Shown piece by piece: positions 11,701 through 22,258 of a DNA stretch of 64,000 nt. This DNA is from Octopus bimaculoides. Lineage: Eukaryota. The position numbers and the translations under genes are program-made. The DNA is taken from the NCBI RefSeq assembly GCF_001194135.2, contig NC_068981.1:3279262-3343261 (forward strand), read 5' to 3'. Numbering within the stretch: the first letter of the stretch is position 1; every line of letters begins with the position of its first letter. The notes below the pieces were generated by a model that was not told where the DNA came from, did no database searches, and saw nothing but the letters and a program-made list of their open reading frames with translations.

Positions 11701-14700
11701 GGATCATGTTTCCAGCATACTTTAGAAAGTATGGGGAAATATTTAAGGAAGAATGTAAAAGTTGGACAGAGGAAAAGAAGATAAGGCTTCTTTTATGAAA
11801 ATTAGCACTGGCACATCATGAAAAATATTGTAATTACATCTTGCCAGGGAATCTGTCAGAAATTTGTTTCAAGGAAACAATTAGCTTATTAGAGATATCC
11901 AGCAAAAGGATTTCATTATTCAACATTCACTGGGAATGCCAGAATTTGAAAAAAAAATGAAACAGATGACTTTGTTATGTATGCAGGAATCATAAACAAA
12001 GAATGTGAAAAATTCAAGCCAAGCGAGTTAACCCCAGACATGTTCAAATATTTAATCTTTGTAAAGGGATGGGGAAATACGAGCTGGAATATTAACAAAA
12101 TTAGAGCAAGATACTAAATTAACTTTACAAACAGTGGCGGAAGAATACCAAAGGATAATCTATGACAAGACACAGAAAAAACTGAAAGAGACGATGTAAA
12201 TATACAGGCATGTCGACCTATAACAAACAAGGAGAAAATAAAACAATCAAGACTCAAATCATGCTATGGGTGTGGAAAAATACACTTTAAAAGGGATTGT
12301 CTTTTTAATAAAAATTATTTTGGTTGTAGCAAAACAGGACATAAGAATTCACATTGTTGGTTAAAGAAAAAAAGTCAAAAAAGAAAATTTGTATCTGTAA
12401 AAATAACGTAAATATGAATTTGCAATTGGATACAGGAAGTGATATCTTGATAATTAACATTGGTACATGGCAAAAGATTGGAAGGCCTACTTTCAAGAAA
12501 ACGTCAAAAATTGCTCGTGGTATTTCAGGAAAGCAAGTACGATTTTTAGGTGAAATGACAACAGAAGTGACATTTCGTGGGAAGATGCTGAAAGCTAAAG
12601 TTTATGTATCAGAAAATACTATAAACCTGTTTGGGACAAACTAGATTGAGATATTTGATTTATGGAATCTACCCATAAAAACATTCTCTAATAATGTAAA
12701 TGGTCCATACGCCAGTTCAAATAAGGTGTCGGAGAATTTAAAATTTGAAATGGAAATAAAAAATATACTCTGCAACATAGTGCATGAACTACCGGTCACA
12801 TTAAACGAATTAAAAATTAAAGCCAAGAAAGATATATTATTTACATTTGACGGATATTTGTCCTCATCTTGTTCTTTCGGCTGATATACCCTCCAGCCTT
12901 CATCAGGTGTCTTGGCAAAATTTCAAACCTGGCTTCTCATTCCTAAGGTATTTTTTGATGTTATTATTATTATTATTGTTCAGGTCACTGCTTGGAATTG
13001 AACTCGGAATCTTTGGGTTAGTAGCCTGCGCTCTTAACCACTATGCCATATGCCATGATGAAGGCTGGATGAGGACAAATATCTATTCAAATGTACATAA
13101 TTCCTCATCTCTTAAATATAGAACTGCAAGAAAGATATGTTTAAAGAAAAAAACTTATGTAGCTGAGCGTAACACTGATTTGAAATGCTAGGTATGCTCA
13201 GAGGGTTGTAGTACCTGATTCTTCACAAAATCAAATGTTGAAAGAATTTCACGTTGGACATCCAGGAATTGGGAGGATGAAGGCACTTATGAGAAGCTAC
13301 ATTTACTGGCTGAACATGGATCAGGATATTGGAAAAACTGGTGAAAGCCTGCATGGGTTGTGTCCTGGCAGTAAAGGCACCACCTGTAAAAATTCAACCT
13401 TAGCCCAACACTGACGTACCTTGGTCTAGATTGCATATAGATTTTGCAGGGCCACTAAATGGTGTGTATTATCTAGTAGTTGTAGATAGTCACACAAAAT
13501 GGCCGGAAATATGTGAATGCAGAAAGCCAACCTCTAAAATAACAATAGAATTTTAGAATTTACATGGTTGCAAAGCAAACTTCTTAACCACATAGCCATA
13601 TATCTGTGTGAGTGTGTGTGCACATGCGCAATGTACGTGAATGTTGCTATTTGTCAGTTTGAGTGAAATGGTTGATGTTGACATTCTGTGTCAGCATTAT
13701 GAACAGTTGCTCAGTGCTTTTGAAGACTTGTGGAATATGAAGATTCCTTTGCTCAGGCAATGGTTGGCAACAGGAAGAGCATCCAACCATAAGATTCTAC
13801 CTCAAAAATCAATTCTTCCCAACATGGAAAGATGGGTATTAAATGAATAAATTCCTTAATTTCATTCATTTCACTTTCGGAGTGTTTGGCATTAAGAAGG
13901 GCATCCAGTTGTAGAAACCTTGCCAAATCAGATTGGAGCCTGGTGCAGCCTCCTGGCTTACCAATTCTCAGTCAAAGGACGTTAAATGATGATGATGATG
14001 ATGATGATTGAGGTTAATATCTAGATATAGTTATTGTCAGGCCTTTCTATCATCAAAGGTGTTCCAGCTATGACCAGACAGTTTTGAAAATCAGACTGTT
14101 TCTGTTCCTCTTGTGTTCAACAATTTACACTGGTAACTTGATATAGCACACACACACACGTGTGTGCTCTCACTAATACAACTTCTCCTTAGAAAATATA
14201 TGATTTTTAGTCGCCCAATATTTTAAAAATAAAATAAAAATGAGTAAACATTAGTTTTAATATCATTTAAATCAAAACACGGTTACATAAAACTGAAAAA
14301 ATATTTTGTTATCAAGTGATTAAATTACAAAACAATCTAAATTTCAAACTAATGTCTATCGTTTAATGAAATCTATAGTTTTCATTTTCAAGGCTGAATA
14401 TTTTCTATTTATCGCAGATATTGTGGCAAAATTCCAAATCAAAAAGTATTAGTAAATAAATCTTAGTTGTTCTTTAGCACAGATTAAAGGTTTCATAATT
14501 CTAAATAAATCTTGAGAAAATAATCACCGTTATCATGATTATATATGTATGTATACATAATTCTCTCACTTAGATTTATCTTGTACCTTGAGGGTACACT
14601 CACCATTTGTCTCTCTCGTTCCAGCTGAGGAAGCCATGTATCTCCTCTTCAGTAAGACATCTGTTCTGTCACTATATCATACTTTCACCTCTCTCAATAC

Positions 14701-17339
14701 TACACACATTCAGATGAGGAGGGTCTTGTCCTGTGAGTTACTAGTGCTGGTGCCATGAAAAATAAAAGCACTCAGTACACCCTGTAAAGTGGTTGGCATC
14801 AGGAGGGGCACCCAGCTGTAGAAACATGTTAAAGTTGATACTGGAGCTCTGACTCTTCATTCCAGTCAAACTGTCTAACCCACACCAGCATGGAAAATGG
14901 ACATTAAACACTGATGAATGATGATATATATAATCATCATGATTATAATGTGTGTATATTCATCAACATTATAATGCCTACTTTTCCATGCTTGCATGAG
15001 GAGATGAGAGTACACTGGAGCAGAATTCTTTTATGGTCAGATGCCCTTTCTGTCATCAATCCTATTTATTTCCAAGTAAGGTAATCTTTCAGTCTATCAA
15101 GTATTGATTTTTGGTAGACTGCAGGCAAAAATTGCAGTCAGGAGACCATTGTTTACAACCCAGTGAAAGCAAGGAAAATATGAACACACACACACATGAT
15201 GGGCTTCTTTCAGTTTATGGTTACCAAACCCACACAAGGCTTTCATTGGCCTGGTGGAGCTATAGTGGGACTGAACTATAAGCCATGTGGCTGACAAGCC
15301 AACTTTGTTTTTCCACACAACTATGCCTGTGCTTAGAATGGAATTCTGAAATATCTGTGGAATCTTTGGTTTTTATTCAAGGATATTTCTCCAATAATAA
15401 AAAGTGAAGATTTCAATTGTTTCCATGGTTGAAATACAAACATTGTCATCCATATAATTATATAATTAATATACAAAAATATGTAATAAATTTTAATGAG
15501 ATGGACAAATCACTTTATCAAGAATTGAAAGATGAAAATCAAAAATACTTCTTGTTTTAAATATGACATAGACAAGATAGAGAAAAGAAATTATATACAC
15601 AAATATTAATTCCTTTCAAGTGTTGGGCCTCATGGAGGCAAAGTGGCTGAGTTCCTTTTGAGTGTTGAGCCTCACAGAGGCAATGATCGAGACCTTTGGC
15701 ATTATGTCGTGCTTGAGAAGAAGACCCATCAAGCTGAGCAAAATTGCAGTCATGACAAATATCGGTGTGACGCAAATTGGTACCTGTGCTGGCAGCACGT
15801 AAAAGCACTCCAGTGTCAAGCAAATGGCATCTGTGCCTGTGGCACGTAAAAGCATCCAATACACTCTCAGAATGGTTGCATTAAGAAGGGCATTCAGCCA
15901 TAGAAAGCCATGCCAAATCAGTCTGATGATGATGATGATGATGATGACACAGAAACATATATAATCAAACCTTCAAGCACACACAGAGATGTGCATACAT
16001 CTAAACATATTTTATTGAGTGCATTTTAGTGTGACACCAGCACTAGAAAAGTTGCATTTTACCCTTACAAGAATAAAGAGCTTACTATATGTTGTCTCCA
16101 TTCCATTGCCAATCACTTTGAAGAGTGTATTGAGTGCATTTTATTCTGGAACCAGCACTAGAAAGGTTACCCATTTTCTTTACAAGACTAAGGAGTTCTA
16201 GTTTACTTGACTGACAAGGAAAATAAACATGCTCTACTTTATTTCATAGCTGAGGCGTAGCAATAGGAACATTTATGACATCAATCTCACTGGTTTTGGA
16301 GGGCCTGTGATGACTTTGAACTCCACTGTTTTCCCCAGAACCAAAACACTTAAAAACAAATGTAAAAAATTTATACAAAAATATATCATCTTAGTTGTGT
16401 GATCATAGGGAAAAAAAATGTTAAAAAAGAAAAGTGAAACTCACCAGATACTTTGTCACTACAGATTGGACAATTTTCTTTGTCTATGGCATCTTTAGAT
16501 GGAGAATTGCTATTGGTCACTGAAGAAACTGGAATTTTTAAAGATACAATTTCTTCTGGATGAATATAGACTGCATGAATGTTAGAGGCAGACTGTGAGG
16601 TACTGTTGCTGTTTTCCTCATCTCCTCTGCCACTTTCATCTTCTTCAAGACGAGTATACTTCAATGGAGAAGACTGTGATTCCTGATCGCTTGTTGGAGG
16701 TAAATGTCTTTTCTTGGAGGCATCTACAATGCCGCTGTCAGAGTCTGAGACTATAACATCATTATCAGGAGATGGCACTGAAGAACTGTCTCGATTGAAA
16801 CACACTATAACCTCTTCATGTTCACCACACTTCACTCCATCAATCTTAATGGTTTGATTTAATTCAAAAACCAGATTCTTGCTTTTATTCTCATTGTTGT
16901 TTATTGCTGTAAATACATTTACAACATTTGGGTCACTCTGTGAGAATAACACTGAATTTGAATTGGGTTTCACATTTGCTCCCTGATCAAGTTTTAGTTT
17001 AAGCATTGCCTTTAGATCTGGAGTGGTCTCCGTGACATTTTCTGTGATGCCATTAGAATCCATTTGAACTTGACTGATGAGAGATTCTGTGGGTTGGTGT
17101 AGCCCATGTAGAATAGGGAGTATTTTCTTCTCAGAATTTTGGTTTGCATTGACCTGCAAGATATTAGGCTTAATATCCTTCGATTTGCATTCCTGTAATC
17201 TGAATCCACTGGTGTCGCGGTGTTTTTCATGAGAATTATTGTTTAGACAATTTTCAGAATTCACCTCAGAAGATGTAAGGGTATGTGAAATAACCTGCAG
17301 CAAGACTGGTGAGATGCCAACCTCACCTGTGCAGCTCAT
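2386..17339 (-). CDS. Hr39: NR5-family nuclear receptor, HR39/NR5B-like. Spliced CDS complement(join(2386..2663,6106..6358,8558..9000,10676..10855,16445..17339)), 682 aa
   Basis: Joined exons give the C4 zinc-finger [13 protein letters not shown]|[59 protein letters not shown]|[14 protein letters not shown], then an LBD ending in AF-2-like LLYELL. All four introns are GT-AG with matching phases (1,1,0,1); 895+180+443+253+278=2049 nt. The P-box ESCKG and FTZ-F1 box mark NR5. IFSC, RKKCPAC and DRTRGGRS match HR39/NR5B rather than NR5A (LLTC, RKRCPYC, DRMRGGRN). The start codon is the first in-exon ATG and is not proven. Confidence 0.92.
2720..2763. repeat. (AAT)n microsatellite
   Basis: Read directly from the sequence. 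Confidence 0.95.
3443..4004 (+). mobile_element. Three tandem family A SINE copies
   Basis: Repeated GTTCAAATTC..GAGGTCAACTTT..TCATCC core at about 3450, 3675 and 3868. Confidence 0.75.
4831..5776 (+). mobile_element. 5'-truncated RTE-clade LINE (decayed RT C-terminus, 3'UTR, (GAT)n tail)
   Basis: [15 protein letters not shown] and [12 protein letters not shown] motifs in broken frames. Tandem-repeat 3'UTR and ATGATGATG tail. Homologous to 20546-21720. Confidence 0.85.
6106..6358 (-). CDS. Hr39: NR5B-like coding exon 4: LBD signature and central helices
   Basis: Acceptor ttttccag|ACT at 6358. Reads [24 protein letters not shown]...[19 protein letters not shown]. Donor CCA G|gtaaag. In frame with ORF 6020..6238. 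Confidence 0.94.
8558..9000 (-). CDS. Hr39: NR5B-like coding exon 3: FTZ-F1 box, hinge and LBD helices 1-3
   Basis: Within ORF 8462..9079. Acceptor ttctag|CT ATC; donor TCT|gtgagt (phase 0). Encodes [14 protein letters not shown] and [17 protein letters not shown]. Confidence 0.94.
10676..10855 (-). CDS. Hr39: NR5B-like coding exon 2: DNA-binding domain core
   Basis: Within ORF 10605..10871. Acceptor tttag|GT TAC; donor GAA G|gtaag. Encodes [23 protein letters not shown]...CPACRFNKC. Confidence 0.96.
12836..13054 (-). mobile_element. tRNA-headed SINE with hammerhead core (helix III and cleavage site deleted)
   Basis: Head GGCATATGGCATAGTGG (box A) ... GTTCAATTCC (box B), an (AAT)n linker, then GACAC-CTGATGA-AGGCTG-GAGGGTATAT-CAGCC-GAAA joined directly to GAACAAG. 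Confidence 0.8.
13055..13126 (+). mobile_element. Inverted, internally deleted 3'-end copy of the hammerhead SINE, abutting the 5' end of the full copy
   Basis: ATGATGAAGGCTGG|ATGAGGACAAATATC...CCTCATCTCTTAAATATAGAACTG is the reverse complement of the body at 63622-63740, with the ribozyme centre missing. Confidence 0.75.
15600..15948 (+). mobile_element. RTE-type 3' fragment with (GAT)n tail
   Basis: Partial similarity to the RTE 3' region (GCCTCACAGAGGCAATGA..., TAAAAGCACCCA.., (GAT)n). Confidence 0.65.
16445..17339 (-). CDS. Hr39: NR5B-like coding exon 1: long S/D/E/N-rich N-terminal A/B domain and start of zinc finger 1 ([10 protein letters not shown])
   Basis: Within ORF 16386..17438. 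Acceptor ctttttcttcag|G with the exon starting at 17341, ATG at 17339, and donor TCTG|gtgagt at 16445/16444 (phase 1). Confidence 0.9.
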
Positions 17340-17572
17340 TCCTGAAGAAAAAGAAACAAAGAATGGATGGTAAACATCTTCACCTGTTTCAAAGAAAATA
17401 TAATGAAAATAATGCAAAATCACAAAATGTAAAAACAAAGGAATTCTTTGGATATTTCTTGATTAGAAACCATTAAAAAATCATAATATAAAATTAAAAA
17501 TCACAGACTTTAAGAAAACAGTCTTAAACTTCCATTTTATATGATATAAGATATTAGAATATAACAGAAAGT

Positions 17573-17960
17573 TGTTGTTGTTGGCACTCCGTCGCTTACG
17601 ACGTCGAGGGTTCCAGTTGATCCGATCAATGGAACAGCCTGCACGTGAAATTAACGTGCAAATGGCTGAGCACTCCACAGACACGTGTACCCTTAACGTA
17701 GTTCTCGGGGATATTCAGCGTGACACAGTGTGACAAGGCTGGCCCTGTGAAATACAGGTACAACAGAAACAGGAAGAAAGAGTGAGAGAAAGTCTTGGTG
17801 GAAGAGTACAGCAAGGTTCGCCACCATCCCCTGCCGGAGCCTCGTGGAGCCTTAGGTGTTTTCTCTCAATAAACACTCACAACGCCCGGTCTGGGAATCG
17901 AAACCGCGATCCTAAGACTGCGAGTCCGCTGCCCTAACCACTGGGCCATTGCGCCTCCAC
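17573..17960 (-). mobile_element. Young tRNA-derived SINE (family E) with (CAA)n tail and 12-bp TSD
   Basis: tRNA-like head GTGGAGGCGCAATGGCCCAGTGGTTAGG...GGTTTCGATTCC. TSD ATAACAGAAAGT at 17561-17572 and 17961-17972. CpGs retained. Confidence 0.88.
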
Positions 17961-18649
17961 ATAACAGAAAGTATATCTTATTGAAACTAACAACCATTTT
18001 GAGCATGTTAAGAATAATCATATACATATACTGTTAATTTGGATATTTGTAATTTAAACATTACAAACCTCTCTTCACATTATGTATTTTTCATTCATTT
18101 TATACCTGTTTTTCCATGATAGCATGAGTTAGTCAAATATATCATTGAGGTGTTGTTTTATAGCCAGATGCCCTTCCTGTTGCTAACCCTTATCTGTTTT
18201 TTCAAGTAAGCAATCTCATCCTTAACATGTCTTTCAAGGCGTAAAGCCAATGAATAATTTATTGATGGGGAAATGACAGCAACATCACTGCCTTTAGCTG
18301 AACAATTTTATGGAGAAGTGTAAATGCAATCAAATACACATAACTAACACACACCCAACTATATATATAATTCAGTTTTGGGGATTAATAGATATGCGGG
18401 TATTCTATTTCAGATAATACAAAAAAAACAAAAAAAAACCTAATGAGTATATCTGAAAGTAAACTAATGGTATCCATTTGCACATCACGAAATAATACTT
18501 AAAGGACATAACCATTATACCAGCAGGGTGTGTACTATACTTCCTTAATTATCTCCTACTTTAGTTAACACTAAATTAATTAAACATGAAGGAACTACAC
18601 ATGTTTCAGTATTGGAAGATTACAATATATATATATATATATATATATA

Positions 18650-19657
18650 CTAGCAGAAATACCCGGCTTTGCCCGGGTTAAAGAGAATAATAAAATCTAA
18701 AAACGCCGTCTAGACTACGCAACCCTCAACTGTTAGTAGCTACAATACCATATTTCTACATTAATAACTCTCCAATCCATGCCAGCATGGAACATAGACA
18801 TTAAGTGGAATGCCAGTCTCTCATCTGGGAAGGCCTTGAAATCAATGTTACCAACTGGGGACTATGTGTGTCGCAGTGATAATAAAAAGACTCAAAGGAG
18901 GTCTGCAACAAAATAATTTTACTCAACACTTTGCAAGTGAATCAGTGGAGGCAAAGATGCGTCTCATTNNNNNNNNNNNNNNNNNNNNNNNNNNNNNNNN
19001 NNNNNNNNNNNNNNNNNNNNNNNNNNNNNNNNNNNNNNNNNNNNNNNNNNNNNNNNNNNNNNNNNNNNNNNNNNNNNNNNNNNNNNNNNNNNNNNNNNNN
19101 NNNNNNNNNNNNNNNNNNNNNNNNNNNNNNNNNNNNNNNNNNNNNNNNNNNNNNNNNNNNNNNNNNNNNNNNNNNNNNNNNNNNNNNNNNNNNNNNNNNN
19201 NNNNNNNNNNNNNNNNNNNNNNNNNNNNNNNNNNNNNNNNNNNNNNNNNNNNNNNNNNNNNNNNNNNNNNNNNNNNNNNNNNNNATATCTTTACATATAC
19301 GTGTACATATACATCTATATGTATACATATACATCTCTCTCTCTCTGAAAGTATCTGTCATTACAGTATCGAAATGTGATTGTTTCAGTGAGTGGAATAG
19401 TTTCATTTTTAAAGTGAAAGTATTTGACATGAGTGTTTTTGTTTCACTTTTGACACGTAATACTTAAATAGTGGAGGAGATATTATGTTGCTGTGGGCTC
19501 GAACTCTGCAAGAAGTTAAAATTTTTTTTTACTAAAACACAACTGGAACCCTAAGTAAGGCATCTGTAAAATTTGAATGAAATTGGTTGCGTAGTTCTCG
19601 AGTTTTAGGGATTCACACAGACAGACAAACACACATTCTCATTTTTATATATATAGA
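18650..19657 (-). mobile_element. Non-autonomous Helitron-type element (contains an assembly gap)
   Basis: Minus-strand 5' end A|TCTATATATATAAAAATGAGAATGTG at 19657. 3' GC hairpin ACCCGG-n6-CCGGGT (18661-18678) followed by CTAG|T at 18650. A|T insertion site. 11-bp subterminal inverted repeat ACTACGCAACC (18714-18724 / 19585-19595). Confidence 0.72.
18969..19285. other. Assembly gap (N run); others at about 19986-19994, 22291-22491 and 36217-36439
   Basis: Runs of N, mostly flanked by (TA)n. Confidence 0.99.
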
Positions 19658-19693
19658 TATACACACAATTGTATACATACATATATATATATT

Positions 19694-19890
19694 TATATTT
19701 ATATAAGGGCATTACTATACGATAATGCCTCACGCTATGAGGGACTCTAAGGTCAGACTACCATAAAAGGTTGGCTTTGAGAGTTGCATTTCCTCGCGTT
19801 CGGTAAAAATGTGCTTTTTATGGTAGTCTGACCTTAGAGTCCCTCATGGCGTGAGGCATTATTGTATAGTAATGCCCTTATATAAATATA
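19694..19890. repeat. Inverted repeat, 75-bp arms with a 47-bp spacer (MITE-like)
   Basis: 19694-19768 pairs with 19816-19890. TA-rich flanks. Confidence 0.88.
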
Positions 19891-19994
19891 TATTTCGGGA
19901 ATAAATGATGGATTTTTTCATGCTAGCTACTTGATAAATTCTTGTAAAAGAATTTGTCCTATTATTGAATTTACATATATATATNNNNNNNNNN

Positions 19995-20036
<42 letters not shown>

Positions 20037-20545
20037 ATCATCAAATTTACAATTATTCTAACACATCTTCAGGTTCTTTTTCAAAGTATTATTATATTTC
20101 ACTGGTAAAGCTTTAACAAATTTTACTATAGCCTTATTTTTCTGTGAGAGAAATGCATATGGTTGGACTTAGATCCACAATCATAGCGAATAGACTACCT
20201 TAACCGTCCAACTGAGCTGTAAATTCTACAATAAAAAAAGAAAAAAAAAACAAGTAATATATATATATATATATAAGAGAGAGAGAGGTAAGGTGATGCA
20301 AACAGTGAAAATAGAACTCAAAATGTATATTTTCATTAATATTTAGCAGAAGCAACAGAGTGACTCAAGGACCAAGTGTTTCGTGCATTGGCACTTATCA
20401 TGCTAGTTACATTTTGAAAGGCTGTGGGCTTATATCGCTGGTGATAATTACATTTTCCTCTCGATGGTTCTGGATTAAATTTTAAAACCTTAATAATGTC
20501 ACATGGATAATTCATATTTTTCAAATAGTTTGTCCACTGTGTTGT

Positions 20546-21720
20546 TCATCATTATCATCATCATTGTTTAATGTCCGCTTTCTATGCTTGCATGGGTTGC
20601 ACGATTTGATTGAGGAGTGGCGAACCAGATGGCTGCACCAGGCTCCAATCTAATCTCAGAGTTTCTACAGCTGGATGTCCTTCCTAACGCCAACCACTCT
20701 GAGAGTGTAGCGGGTGCTTTTACGTGCCACCGGCATGAGGGCCAATCAGGCGCTACTGGCAACGGCCATGCTCAAATGGTGTTTTTTACGTGCCACCTGC
20801 ACAGGAGCCAGTCCAGCGGCACTGACAACAACCTTGCTCGAATGTTTTTTCACATGCCACCGGTACAAGTTCCAGTAAAGCGATGCTGGTAGCGAACACT
20901 CTCAAATGGTGCTATTTACGTGCCACCAGCATGGAAGCCAGACAGCTGCTCTGGCAATGATCACGCTCGGACGGTGCTGTTAGCACTCCACTGGCATGGG
21001 TGCCAGTCATCCAATTTCGTTCAGTTATGATTTCGATTTCACTTGCCCCAACAGGTCTTCGCAAGCAGAGTTTAGTGTCCAATGAAGTAAAGGTACGCAT
21101 AAGTGGCTACACCCCTGGCAAAGGCCATGGGTTATGGTCTCACTTGGTTTGCTGGGTTTTCTCACGCACAGCATATTTCCAAAGGTCTCGGTCACTAGTC
21201 ATTGACTCGGTGAGGCCTAATGTTCAAAGGTCATGCTTCACCACCTCACCCCAGGTTTTTTCCTGGCTCTACCTCTTCCACAGTTCCCCTCAACTGCTAG
21301 GGTGTGGCACTTTTTCACACAGCTATCCTCATCCATTCTCACTACATGACCATACCAGCGCAAGCATTTCTCTTGCACAAAGACGATTGTGTTGTGATGC
21401 TGCTTAGGTCCAACTTTTCTCTCAAGGTACTTACACTCTGTCGAGTATGCACACTGACATTACACATCCATCGGAGCATACTGGCTTCATTCCTTACGAG
21501 CTTACGCATGTCCTCAGCAGTCACGGCCCATGTTTCACTGCCATATAGTATGGCTGTTCGTACACATGTGTCATACAGTCTGCCTTTTACTTTGAGTGAG
21601 AGGCCCTTTGTCACCAGCAGAGGTAAGAGCCCTCTGAACTTTGCCCAGGTTATTCTTATTCTAGCAGCTACACTTTTAGTGCACCCTCCCCCGCTACTGA
21701 CTTGGTCACCTAGGTAACGG
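20546..21720 (-). mobile_element. 5'-truncated RTE-clade LINE
   Basis: ORF 21342..21614 contains LYDTCVRTAILYGSETWAVT...MLRWMC, the RTE C-terminal signature. Same 3'UTR repeats and (GAT)n tail. Confidence 0.88.
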
Positions 21721-22048
21721 AAGATATCAACTACTTCTAGTTGTTCAATAAGTCATTATTACATAAATAAATACAGAAACCTTGTGCGTCTCTTCACACT
21801 CAAACAAGGTTTCTTTCTTTTCTTTATTTATTTATGTATTTACTTATTGAATGACATAATAGGCAAACTATTTGAAAAATATGACTTTTCGTTGTGACAG
21901 TGTTATGGTTTTAAAACAATCCAGAGGAAAATGTAATTCTCATCAATTATATAAGCTCATGGTTCTTCAATCTGTAACTAGTTTGTTAAGTGCCAATGCA
22001 CGAAACTCTCAACCCTTGAGTCACTCTGTTGCTTCTGCTAAACACACA

Positions 22049-22087
<39 letters not shown>

Positions 22088-22139
22088 CTTAAAATAGAAG
22101 CAGGAAAGTATAAATTTTACATACAGTTCATACTTTGTG

Positions 22140-22258
22140 TTCAACAGCTGTTTCATTAAGATAAACATCATTATATGCATAATTACAGATACATAATTAA
22201 AAAATTTAAATTAAATTATACATTTAATGATGTTTTTCTTAATGAAACAGCTGTTGAA
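22140..22258. repeat. Inverted repeat with 34-bp arms (33/34 match)
   Basis: TTCAACAGCTGTTTCATTAAGATAAACATCATTA (22140-22173) against 22225-22258. Confidence 0.8.

Larger units (their letters stand above)
11331..13556 (+). mobile_element. Decayed Ty3/gypsy LTR retrotransposon (gag, protease, integrase; RT/RNaseH absent), antisense within an NR5B intron
   Basis: Zinc knuckles [13 protein letters not shown] and ..[11 protein letters not shown] at about 12260-12360. Aspartic protease LQLDTGSD (ORF 12354..12644). Integrase [31 protein letters not shown]...[30 protein letters not shown] at about 13200-13550, with a frameshift and a stop. PBS-like TAACA|GTGGTGATAAGGAT at 11367-11380. Confidence 0.85.

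Noticed and set aside
17342-17438. ORF-track N-terminal extension (MFLHFVIL...) and similar extensions of the other exon ORFs
   Set aside because: These are pyrimidine-rich intron sequence upstream of clear AG acceptors, or read-through past GT donors.
17880-17960. tRNA-like sequences with box A/B (also 12985-13054, 40691-40770 and others)
   Set aside because: They are SINE heads followed by SINE bodies and tails, some with TSDs. I could not fold a complete cloverleaf.
18864-19467. Long ORFs crossing N runs (also 22267-22648 and 36177-36551)
   Set aside because: These are artefacts of assembly gaps and (TA)n repeats.
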